Position numbers and translations under genes: made by a program. The notes beneath the pieces are model-generated. The model was not told where the DNA came from and did no database searches. It saw nothing but the letters and a program-made list of their open reading frames with translations. Below are positions 1 to 8,576 of a stretch of DNA of 64,000 nt, one piece after another. The DNA is from Clostridia bacterium (lineage in GTDB: Bacteria; Bacillota; Clostridia; TANB77; CAG-508). The DNA is taken from the NCBI GenBank assembly GCA_017936925.1, contig JAGBEP010000005.1, forward strand, positions 2,193 to 66,192, read 5' to 3'. Position 1 is the first letter of the stretch. Every line of letters starts with the position of its first letter.

Positions 1-555
1 TACTTGATTTTCATTTCCTTTTCCAGCTTCATATCTTGCTACATAAAAACCATTGTAGTTTCTTATTGAATCATCAAATTCATCATTATATGAATTTATA
101 TCTCGTATATTAGCATCGTCTAAAGATATTTCTGTTTCTCCGGATTCTCCATTATGTAAAAACATTTGTCTTTCATAAGTATTAAAATCTTCAACTGGTA
201 CCCATACAAATTCATTTCCAGATTCATCAGCTATAACTGCTCCTGAAGCAGAGTCACCTTCTATATAATTAAAATTTGACGGTACTGGTATTTTTCCACC
301 ATCTGTAGTTTTTACTTCACTTATTGTTACTTCTTTTTCCGGTTTAACTGTGTTTGTTGTATTAGTTTCAACAGTATTATTTTCTTCTTCATTTTCTGGA
401 TTTTGATTTTCGTTTTGAACAATATTGCTAAAACTCATTGTTACTTTTTCTTTTTTATTTTCTAAAATTACAAGTGCTATTAGTATAATTACTACTAATG
501 CTATTAATATTCCAGCTATTATTAATAGTGTTTTTTTGTTCATATTCATATTCAT
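1..555 (-). CDS. membrane-anchored protein, N-terminal part only (C-terminus lies beyond the window edge)
   Basis: Absent from the ORF track because it runs off the edge. Own translation from ATG 555-553: MNMNMNKKTLLIIAGILIALVVIILIALVILENKK (TM anchor) ... GNEFVWVPVEDF ... NGFYVARYEAGKGNENQV. The GFYVxRYE stretch recalls FGE/SUMF1-like domains (from memory only). Confidence 0.45.
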   Translation of the reverse strand, partial: MNMNMNKKTLLIIAGILIALVVIILIALVILENKKEKVTMSFSNIVQNENQNPENEEENNTVETNTTNTVKPEKEVTISEVKTTDGGKIPVPSNFNYIEGDSASGAVIADESGNEFVWVPVEDFNTYERQMFLHNGESGETEISLDDANIRDINSYNDEFDDSIRNYNGFYVARYEAGKGNENQV

Positions 556-580
556 GCTTATGATTCCTTTCGAAAATATA

Positions 581-928
581 TGGTGGAGATGAGGAGAGTC
601 GAACTCCTGTCCAGAATTTCATCCATATAAACTTCTCCGAGTGCAGTTTGTTATTAGATTTCGTTTTAAAATCATTAACAAACAAACAATTTTAAAATAT
701 ATCTTCTAAATTCCCTTTACTGTTGAAGAAAACAGTAAATTCGTTTCCTACTAATCGTCGCCTTATCTTAAGCCGTAGGTTGCAAAAGTAAGACGTTGCT
801 GCAATTAGGCAGCAAATGCTAATTCTTCGTTATCAGCGTTTATTTTAATTTGTACCTTTTTAGGTGGCCAGGTACTCCACCACTCGCTTTTTATACTTCC
901 GAAAAGCTGTCGAGACCATTACATCCCC
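581..928 (-). ncRNA. ssrA: tmRNA (SsrA)
   Basis: Minus strand starts GGGGATGTAATGGTCTCGACAG and ends GGACAGGAGTTCGACTCTCCTCATCTCCACCA (tRNA-like T-arm, acceptor and CCA). Internal tag ORF at 805-837 is GCT GAT AAC GAA GAA TTA GCA TTT GCT GCC TAA = ADNEELAFAA*. Confidence 0.9.
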
Positions 929-998
929 ATATTACTTCTTTATTATAACATTAATTAATTCTTTTATTCAATATTTTTAATTAGCTTTTTAAAAAATA

Positions 999-1496
999 TT
1001 ACTCAAAATATTTTGATATTTTTTCTAGATTATCGAATTCATTTTGTTTAAAAATTTCATATGCTACTATTGCTACTGAGTTTGATAAGTTTAGCGATCT
1101 GATTGTTTCTCTCATTGGAATTCTTATTGTTTTTTCTAAATATTTTTTTAATATTTCTTCTGGTAGTCCTTTAGTTTCTTTTCCGAAAAGAACATATACT
1201 TCATCTAATTTTTTATATTCAACGTCTGAATAAACATGTTGACCTTTTGTTGTTACAAAGAACATATTTTTTCTTTCAGGAGGATATTTTTCTAAAAAAT
1301 CCTTAAATGATGTATGCTCTTCTATTTCTAGTTTATCCCAATAATCCAATCCTGCTCTTTTTACTTGTTTTTCAGTTATATCAAATCCTAGTGGATATAC
1401 TAAATGTAATTTAGCTCCTATTGCAGCACAGGTTCTAGCTATATTTCCTGTGTTTTGTGGTATTTCAGGTTCTACTAATACTACGTTTAAATTCAT
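999..1496 (-). CDS. trmL: tRNA (cytidine/uridine-2'-O)-methyltransferase, SpoU/TrmL family
   Basis: 165 aa. The N-terminus VVLVEPEIPQNTGNIARTCAAIGAKLHLVYPLGF and the C-terminal LNLSNSVAIVAYE are typical of TrmL/YibK. Confidence 0.85.
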   Translation of the reverse strand: MNLNVVLVEPEIPQNTGNIARTCAAIGAKLHLVYPLGFDITEKQVKRAGLDYWDKLEIEEHTSFKDFLEKYPPERKNMFFVTTKGQHVYSDVEYKKLDEVYVLFGKETKGLPEEILKKYLEKTIRIPMRETIRSLNLSNSVAIVAYEIFKQNEFDNLEKISKYFE

Positions 1497-1636
1497 TTTT
1501 CTACCTCTTTTCTTTTATGCTTTCTATTTTATTACTTTATTTTTTATAAATCAATAGAAAGTATTTGAAGCCAAAAAAATCTGAGATTTATTTTCTCAGA
1601 TTTTTTAATATTTTAAATATCTTTATGCTTTTAGAT

Positions 1637-2233
1637 TTAAGCTTCTTGTTCTTTTCTTACAATTAGTACATATTCAACACCAATCATTATAACAAAGACT
1701 AACCAATCTATTCCATATATATTTAATTTTCCGTAGAAACTGTCTATCATTTCTATCATTTCTTCATCTGCTTTTGTTAAGCTTTCATCGTCAACATATT
1801 TTTCAATATCTTTTAATGCTTCTTTTACATCTGACCATTCCATCTCAGTATCTTCCATTATTGATGTTACTACTATATTTTTTACACCAAGGTGTATAGC
1901 TCCCATAATAATTGCTAAAACTACCATAGCTATAGTAAATCCTTTAAATACTGACTTCTTGTTTTCTTCTGTTATTTTATATTTTTTCTTAGCACTTCTT
2001 GTTGCTAATAATGTTGACCCAACAATTGCTACTATATTAACTACAATTATTATATTCATAAATGAGCTTATAGCATCTCCCATCTCTCCTATATCATTTT
2101 CGTCTATTTCTGCCCATCCTGCTACATTAACAAATAAAATAACTCCTCCTATTATAATATCAATTAATAGGAACCATAAGATTAATTTGACTACAAATCT
2201 TTTTACGATTTTTCCTATACTTGCTTCTTCCAT
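1637..2233 (-). CDS. hypothetical multi-pass membrane protein
   Basis: ORF 1637..2302. Start moved to MEEASIGK (ATG 2233), which is preceded by AGGAGAG. Several hydrophobic helices; no recognisable family. Confidence 0.5.
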   Translation of the reverse strand: MEEASIGKIVKRFVVKLILWFLLIDIIIGGVILFVNVAGWAEIDENDIGEMGDAISSFMNIIIVVNIVAIVGSTLLATRSAKKKYKITEENKKSVFKGFTIAMVVLAIIMGAIHLGVKNIVVTSIMEDTEMEWSDVKEALKDIEKYVDDESLTKADEEMIEMIDSFYGKLNIYGIDWLVFVIMIGVEYVLIVRKEQEA

Positions 2234-2348
2234 TTTTTCATCTCTCCTTTTTATGTATTTTTTATATGAGAAAATTATATCTCTATAATTTTTAACTTTC
2301 AATATTTAAAAAATAAAAAATATTCTTAATTTTTTTATTTTAAAAGTA

Positions 2349-2378
2349 TTGACAAATAATATTTTTAAGTTGTATAAT
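2349..2378 (+). promoter_or_regulatory. sigma-A type promoter for tRNA-Leu
   Basis: TTGACA (2349-2354), 18-nt spacer, TATAAT (2373-2378), about 20 nt upstream of the tRNA. Confidence 0.6.
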
Positions 2379-2398
2379 ATCACTTGTCAGCAAGACAT

Positions 2399-2487
2399 GC
2401 AGGTGTGGCGGAACTGGCAGACGCACAGGACTTAAAATCCTGCGGGACCTAAATCCCGTATCGGTTCGACTCCGATCACCTGCACCA
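2399..2487 (+). tRNA. tRNA-Leu (anticodon UAA), CCA encoded
   Basis: Acceptor GCAGGTG/CACCTGC, anticodon loop CTTAAAA, long variable arm, T-arm ATCGGTTCGACTCCGAT, 3' ACCA. Confidence 0.9.
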
Positions 2488-2516
2488 ATCCAAGTTGAAA
2501 AACTTGGATTTTTTTG
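2487..2516 (+). terminator. rho-independent terminator after tRNA-Leu
   Basis: AATCCAAGTT-GAAA-AACTTGGATT, a perfect 10-bp stem followed by TTTTT. Confidence 0.8.
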
Positions 2517-2886
2517 TTATTTAACATTATTTGTTGTTATTTAAAAGTATTGTCACAGGCTCGTTCTGTGATTTTTTTACTTTTTATCATTATTCAACAT
2601 TATTTAAAGTTATTCATTATAAGTACTAAAATTAGTACTTATTTTAGTACTTAATTTACTACTTTTTAGTACGCAAATTTAATAGCTATTAAAAACTAAA
2701 TTTTATTGATGATTGCTTGTTTCTGTATTATAATGTATAAAAAAGAATATGGAGAAAAAATGGATATTATTGAATTATTTATATATACAATAACTGAATA
2801 TAAGAAATTTTTTTTCTAAACTTAATCATAAGGATTTATTAGCTGAATATAGTGAAGATGAATATACAAAAGTTAATGTAAAATTA

Positions 2887-3165
2887 ATGTTGTTAAGAAA
2901 GTATGGAAATCGAACAGATAAAGTATATATAGGAAAAATAATAGAAAAATCCATGTTAAAATATGCTGACAGAAAAAATGATTTTGAAAAAATTTTGAAA
3001 GAATATGATGAAATAGAGAAATCTCAATTAGAGTTAATTTTATCTGACGGAACAAAGTTAAACTTGTATAATACAATAGAAGATGTTATGTATGGATTGT
3101 ATTTACACGCAGATGAAGAACGAATAAATAGTATGAATTTAAGAAAACTAGAAGATAATTTTTAG
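2887..3165 (+). CDS. hypothetical protein (92 aa)
   Basis: ORF only; no recognisable motif. Lies inside the tRNA-Leu flanked islet. Confidence 0.3.
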   Translation: MLLRKYGNRTDKVYIGKIIEKSMLKYADRKNDFEKILKEYDEIEKSQLELILSDGTKLNLYNTIEDVMYGLYLHADEERINSMNLRKLEDNF

Positions 3166-3198
3166 ATAAATTTAAAAGATAATATAAATGGAGAAATT

Positions 3199-4188
3199 AT
3201 GGGAATATTAGATATATTTGATAAGTTTAGAGATGCAATAATTTTAAAAGAAGATTGTGAGTTAGAAAGAAAAGTAAAATATTTAGAAGAATTAAAAAAT
3301 AAAAATCCTAATAATAAGAATATCACTCAACAATTATATATGGCACAAAAAGGATTAGAAGGCGAAAATGAAATAATATATCAATTAAAAAAATCTAATA
3401 TTGGTATGTTTATTCTTCATGATGTTAATTTAGTATATGAAGATTTAAAAGCCCAAATTGATTTTATTGTAATAACTCCTTGGTGTTGTTATTTTATAGA
3501 ATGTAAAAATCTAATTGGAAATATTTCAGTTAATGAAAAAGGAGATTTTATTAGAGAATATTCTTTTAAAGGTCATAAAGTAAAAAAAGGAATGGAATCT
3601 CCTTATAGACAAGTTCAAGCACAAAGAGATGTTTATAAAAAAATTTGGTTAAAATTACAAGGAAAATTAAAAGGCTTTCTTTTTGAAAGAAACTTTGAAA
3701 GTTTTCATAGAGTATTAGTTGTTGCAACTAATGGGGAAAATATATTAAATACCAAATATGCTCCTAAAGAAATGAAAAACAATATAATAAAAGCTGATGC
3801 TTTAATAAGAAAATTAGAATATGATAGAGATCATAGCGATAGAGATTTATGGGATAATAAAAAATCTATGGAACAATGGGCGAATCATTTTATAAAATTA
3901 AATGTAGAAAAAGAAGAAAACTTTGAAAATGTATTTGAAGATTGTGAAGATAAAGTTGAATCTTCAAATACAGATATATTAAAAGAAAGATTAATTGAAT
4001 TTAGAAAACAAAGGTCAAAAGAAAAAAACATACCTGCTTATTATGTTTTTAATAATGATGAATTAGAGAGAATTTTGGAAATATTGCCTAAAACATATGA
4101 AGATTTAAAAAAATCTAAAATATTAACTGATGTTAAAATTAATTCTCATGGAAAAGATATTGTTAATATAATTAATCAAGTACAATAA
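3199..4188 (+). CDS. NERD (nuclease-related) domain protein with C-terminal HRDC/helix-hairpin-like module
   Basis: RBS GGAGAAATT before the ATG. Core AQIDFIVITPWCCYFIECKN ... PYRQVQAQ is typical of the NERD family. The C-terminal stretch IPAYYVFNNDELERILEILPKTYEDL resembles HRDC-type tails. Confidence 0.7.
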   Translation: MGILDIFDKFRDAIILKEDCELERKVKYLEELKNKNPNNKNITQQLYMAQKGLEGENEIIYQLKKSNIGMFILHDVNLVYEDLKAQIDFIVITPWCCYFIECKNLIGNISVNEKGDFIREYSFKGHKVKKGMESPYRQVQAQRDVYKKIWLKLQGKLKGFLFERNFESFHRVLVVATNGENILNTKYAPKEMKNNIIKADALIRKLEYDRDHSDRDLWDNKKSMEQWANHFIKLNVEKEENFENVFEDCEDKVESSNTDILKERLIEFRKQRSKEKNIPAYYVFNNDELERILEILPKTYEDLKKSKILTDVKINSHGKDIVNIINQVQ

Positions 4189-4266
4189 TTACTAAAAAAT
4201 CTATCAAAATGGGATGAGTAAAAAATAAAGTGCAGTTGTATCAAGGGTTTGAATATGCCACTTGTT

Positions 4267-4280
4267 ATCATCTGCACCAA
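4267..4280 (+). repeat. near-identical copy of the tRNA-Leu 3' end (possible att-like direct repeat)
   Basis: ATCATCTGCACCAA versus tRNA 3' end ATCACCTGCACCAA (13/14). Like the tRNA, it is followed by a strong hairpin with a T-run (AGAGATGAATT-TGTTT-AATTCATCTCT, 4284-4310). Confidence 0.45.
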
Positions 4281-4415
4281 AAAAGAGATGAATTTGTTTA
4301 ATTCATCTCTTTTTATTTTTTTATTAGTATTCTATATTCCTCAATATGTTATAAAAAATTGAAGAATATATAATTAAAATAGAAATAAATCATATAATAC
4401 ATTGAGGTATTTAGT

Positions 4416-4572
4416 ATGAAAAACTGTGAATTTGTAACTTTTATTTCTGTTTTGGCTTGCACTATAGCTAAAGATAAAACACAAGAAGAATTAGATATAT
4501 TATCTGCTTTTTTTAGTCAGCTTCGGAGACACATTAGCCACTCTGTCTGCTTTAGACTCAAACGACTGTTAA
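4416..4572 (+). CDS. small protein (about 51 aa) resembling clostridial DUF6774-type miniproteins; needs +1 shift at CGG 4524-4526
   Basis: RBS GAGGT, ATG at 4416. The zero frame gives ...AFFSQL RRHISHSVCF... Skipping C4524 gives ...AFFSQLGDTLATLSALDSNDC*, and QLGDTLA is the motif I recall for this family. Confidence 0.45.
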
Positions 4573-4614
4573 TTAAATAATATATGCTATTCATAATTAA
4601 AGTAGCTTTTTATT

Positions 4615-5772
4615 TTAGCAATAAGGTCTATCAATATGTATTACATAATAGTAAATTTCTTTTTCTGGAATTATAGTTTTTCTTAAATGTTCGTTTAAAC
4701 TTTCTTCTGTATAGTCTTTTTCATAAGGTACTATACAATCAAATAAAATATTTGTATGAGTAATTCCTTTAACCACTCTAAAATCATGAACTTTTAATTC
4801 TTTATCAAGCTCACGAATTGCTTGTATAACCTTTTCTTGGAGTTTATCTACATATTCATCTCCTACAATAATTGGATCCATGTGTATAGTTAGTTCAATA
4901 TCTTCTTCTTCTCTAAAATCTTTTTCTATGTTATCCATTAAATCGTGGGCTTTCATTATATCCATTTTTGAATCAATTTCAACATGAACAGTTACAAAAT
5001 CATTATGCACTCCATAATTATGAATTACTAAATCATGTATGCCTTCAACACATTCATAACTTAAAAGTTTTTTAGTGATTTTTTCTACTTGTTCTTCAGT
5101 AGGAATAATTCCAATGATTGGTTCTATAACTTCTTTAATCATTCCGATTGAACTATAAACAACAAATCCAGAAACAATTAAACCAAGAATACCATCTATA
5201 TTGATTTTAAATATTCCCATTATTATCATTGATACTAAAATAGCTGTTGTAGATATAATATCATTTCTTGTATCAACTGAGTTTGCTTTTAATGTGTTGG
5301 AATTAATTGCGTTTGCAAAGTCAATATATACAAACATCTGTATACATTTTCCAATAATTGCTATTATTAAAATAATATAAGTAATCCAATTTATGATTAA
5401 TTCTTCTGGATTAAATATTTTTATAATAGACTCTTTTGCAAAAGAAAGTCCCATGATTAGCATTAATATTGCAATTACAAAGCCAGAAACATATTCATAA
5501 CGAGCATAACCATAAGGATGCTTTTTGTCTGGTTTTTTATTTGCTAATTTAAATCCTATAATTGTAAGAACTGATGAAGCTGTATCTGCAATATTATTAG
5601 CTGCATCTGCCATAATACTAACGCTATGAGAAATAATACCAATTACTAGTTTTATAATTCCTAATATAATGTTTGTAATAATTCCAAATATTCCCGCTAC
5701 TTTTCCATATTGATTTCTAACTTCGGGATTATCTATATTTTTATAGTTTTTAATAAATAATTTTTTTAACAT
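4615..5772 (-). CDS. cation diffusion facilitator (CDF) family divalent-metal efflux transporter
   Basis: 385 aa with six TM helices. SVSIMADAANNIADTASS and HPYGYARYE are typical of TM2/TM3; a cytoplasmic C-terminal domain is present. Confidence 0.85.
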   Translation of the reverse strand: MLKKLFIKNYKNIDNPEVRNQYGKVAGIFGIITNIILGIIKLVIGIISHSVSIMADAANNIADTASSVLTIIGFKLANKKPDKKHPYGYARYEYVSGFVIAILMLIMGLSFAKESIIKIFNPEELIINWITYIILIIAIIGKCIQMFVYIDFANAINSNTLKANSVDTRNDIISTTAILVSMIIMGIFKINIDGILGLIVSGFVVYSSIGMIKEVIEPIIGIIPTEEQVEKITKKLLSYECVEGIHDLVIHNYGVHNDFVTVHVEIDSKMDIMKAHDLMDNIEKDFREEEDIELTIHMDPIIVGDEYVDKLQEKVIQAIRELDKELKVHDFRVVKGITHTNILFDCIVPYEKDYTEESLNEHLRKTIIPEKEIYYYVIHIDRPYC

Positions 5773-5878
5773 AATATTAATTTCCTTTTATTAAATTTTT
5801 AGACTAAAATAATTATAAATCTTATATACTTTATATTACTGTATCAAACTCTATCGCTTCATATAAAAAATCATAATT

Positions 5879-6172
5879 TTATTCTATGCTTTCTTTTCGA
5901 TTATTTATATTATAAATTTTTATTAATCTTTCTTTATGTTTGTCTTTTGCCCAATATTTTATATTAAATAGTGCTAATAAAGTTTTAGTATTTTCTTCTA
6001 AGTTTTGTGTGTATAGTGGGTACTTTGGATTTATGTGCTCTACATAGTCTTTAGAAACATTTTCTTGAAGATATTTTATTAATTGAGTTGGTAATTTATA
6101 TGTATATGATTTATCCATATATTTTAATATTTCTAATACTTCTCCATATGAATCTCTTACATATCGTCTCAT
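5879..6172 (-). CDS. hypothetical basic protein (97 aa)
   Basis: ORF whose start overlaps the upstream stop (ATGA at 6172). Resembles C-terminal extensions of some clostridial XRE-type regulators, but no HTH is visible. Confidence 0.4.
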   Translation of the reverse strand: MRRYVRDSYGEVLEILKYMDKSYTYKLPTQLIKYLQENVSKDYVEHINPKYPLYTQNLEENTKTLLALFNIKYWAKDKHKERLIKIYNINNRKESIE

Positions 6173-6390
6173 TATTCAGTACTTCCTTTTTTATAATATT
6201 TTGCTATGATATCAATTTGTTTGTTAATATCTTGCATTCTTACATCTTTAGTTGCTTCCTCTACTTCGGAAATTTCAATAATGTAATCTAGTTCTTCATG
6301 TTCTATATAAAATTCTTCTTCTATGTCTTCTAGTTCTTCTAATTTTTCTTTAACTTTTCTAACATCATTTTTTTTCATATTTTCCCTCAT
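6172..6390 (-). CDS. hypothetical acidic protein (72 aa)
   Basis: ORF translationally coupled to 5879..6172; very Glu-rich. Confidence 0.4.
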   Translation of the reverse strand: MRENMKKNDVRKVKEKLEELEDIEEEFYIEHEELDYIIEISEVEEATKDVRMQDINKQIDIIAKYYKKGSTE

Positions 6391-6533
6391 TAATGTTTTT
6401 ATTTTATATTCTTATTATATCAATTTTTTTCCTAGAATCAATAGACAAACAAAAAAACTCTAGGTTTAAACCTGGAGTTTTTTTTGCGTAATACTAATAA
6501 AAGAGTACGCTATAGGCGCACTCTTTGTATTTA

Positions 6534-6809
6534 TTATTCTTCTGCTGACTCTGCTTCTGGAGCTTCATAAGCTTCTAAAATAGCTTTTTGAATTTTCTCT
6601 CTAGTTTCAGCATTAATTGGGTGAGCTATATCTTTGAACTCTCCACTGTTAGGGATTTTTCTGCTAGGCATAGCAATAAATAATCCATTTTGTGATTCGA
6701 TAACTTTAATATCATGAACTGCGAATTCATTATCGAATGTTACAGAAGCAACAGCTTTCATTCTGTTTTCTGAATTAACTTTTCTTAAACGTACATCTGT
6801 TATTTGCAT
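6534..6809 (-). CDS. spoVG: septation/sporulation regulator SpoVG
   Basis: [11 protein letters not shown]...[22 protein letters not shown]...[10 protein letters not shown]. Start moved to ATG 6809, behind GGAAGGCGGTG. Confidence 0.9.
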   Translation of the reverse strand: MQITDVRLRKVNSENRMKAVASVTFDNEFAVHDIKVIESQNGLFIAMPSRKIPNSGEFKDIAHPINAETREKIQKAILEAYEAPEAESAEE

Positions 6810-7055
6810 TTGTGCACCGCCTTCCAATGTTTTTAAAAATTATACATATAAACTTTTTCTATATGTACATTTATTATATTCGCCAAAAAAACTTTTTTTC
6901 CTTCTTATTTTTACAGCTTTTTTCTAATAAATTTTGTTTTATTTTTATATCTTATCCTTAAATCGCCGATTTTGGTTGAAATTTATTGGAAAAAAGTGTA
7001 TAATTCAAGTATTAGTTAAGAAACTTTTACATATATTATAAGGGAAGTGTTTTAT

Positions 7056-8441
7056 ATGAAATTAAAGATAAATAGTTTAGAAAATTATAATCATATACAT
7101 TTGATAGGTATCGGTGGAGTTAGTATGAGTGCTATTGCTGAAACTTTAAATAAATGGGGATTTAAAGTTACTGGTTCTGATACTGCCAAAAGCGATTATA
7201 CTGATAAACTTGTAAAGTCCGGTATAAAAGTTACTATTGGTCATGATCTTACTAATTCTAAAAATGCTGATTTAATTATTTTTTCAGCTGCTGTTAAAGA
7301 AACTGACCCTGAAATGGTTTTAGCTAAGCAATTTAATATTCCTATTGTAACTCGTGGTGAATTTGTAGGTTATCTAACTAGACGTTATCATGAAAGTATT
7401 TGTGTTTCTGGTACACATGGTAAAACAACAACTACTTCTATGATTTCCTTATGTTTTTTAGATGCTAATCTTGATCCTACTATTCAAGTTGGTGCTACTT
7501 TAAAGCAAATAAATGGAAACTATACTGTTGGTGAAAGTGAATATTTTATATTAGAAGCTTGTGAATATATGGAAAATTTCTTGCGTTTTTCACCTAGAAC
7601 TGAAGTTGTTTTAAATATTGATAATGATCATTTAGATTATTTTAAAAATTTCGATAATATAAAAAATGCTTTTGTAAAGTATGCTAAACTTATTCCTGAA
7701 AATGGTGCTTTAATTACTAATGCTGATGATGTAGCTTGTTTAGAGCTTAGAGAACATACTGCTGGTAAATTTATTACATATGGAATAGAAAATATGTCTG
7801 CAGATTATGTTGCAAAAAATATTAAGCATAATGCTTTAGGATATTCAGAGTTTGATGTATTTTGTTATAATAAATTTTATATGCATGTTAGGCTTTCTGT
7901 CGCAGGAAGACATAATGTTTCAAATGCTTTAGCTTGTATTGCGGTTTGTTCTTATTATGGAATTGATAAAAATATAATTTATTCTTCTCTTTTGAAATTT
8001 ACTGGAGCTGATCGTCGTTTAGAATATATTGGTTCTTATCATGGTGTTGCTGTTTATGATGATTATGGACATCATCCTACTGAAATTAGAGCCGTTGCTA
8101 AAGCTATTGCAGATAAAGATTTTAAAGAATCTTGGGTTATTTTTCAACCTCATACTTATAGTAGAACTAAAAATTTACTTGATGACTTTGCTCGAGCTTT
8201 ATTGCCTTTTGATAATGTTATTGTTACCGATATTTATGCTGCTCGTGAGCAAAATACATATAATATTTCTTCACTTGATTTAGTAAATAAAATCAAAGAA
8301 TATGGAAAAGATGCTATTTATATTAAAAGTTTTGATGACATTGTTTCTCATATTAAAGCGAATGCGAAATCTAATGATTTGGTTTTAACTTTAGGAGCTG
8401 GAACTGTTACTAAAATTGGTCCTGAAATTATAAAACCATAG
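7056..8441 (+). CDS. murC: UDP-N-acetylmuramate--L-alanine ligase
   Basis: HLIGIGGVSMSAIAE, GTHGKTTTTSM, DNDHLDYF, YGHHPTEI. Start taken at ATG 7056 after GGGAAG. Confidence 0.9.
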   Translation: MKLKINSLENYNHIHLIGIGGVSMSAIAETLNKWGFKVTGSDTAKSDYTDKLVKSGIKVTIGHDLTNSKNADLIIFSAAVKETDPEMVLAKQFNIPIVTRGEFVGYLTRRYHESICVSGTHGKTTTTSMISLCFLDANLDPTIQVGATLKQINGNYTVGESEYFILEACEYMENFLRFSPRTEVVLNIDNDHLDYFKNFDNIKNAFVKYAKLIPENGALITNADDVACLELREHTAGKFITYGIENMSADYVAKNIKHNALGYSEFDVFCYNKFYMHVRLSVAGRHNVSNALACIAVCSYYGIDKNIIYSSLLKFTGADRRLEYIGSYHGVAVYDDYGHHPTEIRAVAKAIADKDFKESWVIFQPHTYSRTKNLLDDFARALLPFDNVIVTDIYAAREQNTYNISSLDLVNKIKEYGKDAIYIKSFDDIVSHIKANAKSNDLVLTLGAGTVTKIGPEIIKP

Positions 8442-8576
8442 ATTATTTTATTTTGAAATATTAAAAGAAAGAACTTTTGAATTGTTTTTCTTTAAAATGT
8501 AAACATTTTCTATTAGTTCTTTCTTTTTTGTTCTTTTGTATTATATATTATTCAAAAATATCTTATTTTTTGTAAA

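Noticed and set aside
455-685. Track ORF of 76 aa
   Set aside because: It overlaps the 3' half of the tmRNA gene and the start of the real edge-truncated CDS in another frame. It has no RBS.
1959-2288. Numerous antisense or overlapping track ORFs rich in Leu, Phe, Ile and Ser (for example 1959..2288, 8029..8283, 26635..26967, 28371..28664, 31585..32064, 36983..37411, 40259..40780, 52511..52792)
   Set aside because: They lie opposite or inside well-supported genes. Their low-complexity composition is typical of the reverse frames of AT-rich coding DNA, and they lack RBSs.
2488-4280. An intact prophage or integrative element at tRNA-Leu
   Set aside because: No integrase, excisionase or phage structural genes are present. 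Only two small ORFs and a NERD gene lie between the repeats, so at most it is a remnant.
4240-4283. A possible second tRNA or tRNA pseudogene ending in CTGCACCA
   Set aside because: Only the last 14 nt resemble tRNA-Leu. Upstream sequence cannot form a T-arm or the rest of a cloverleaf. It is better explained as an att-like direct repeat.
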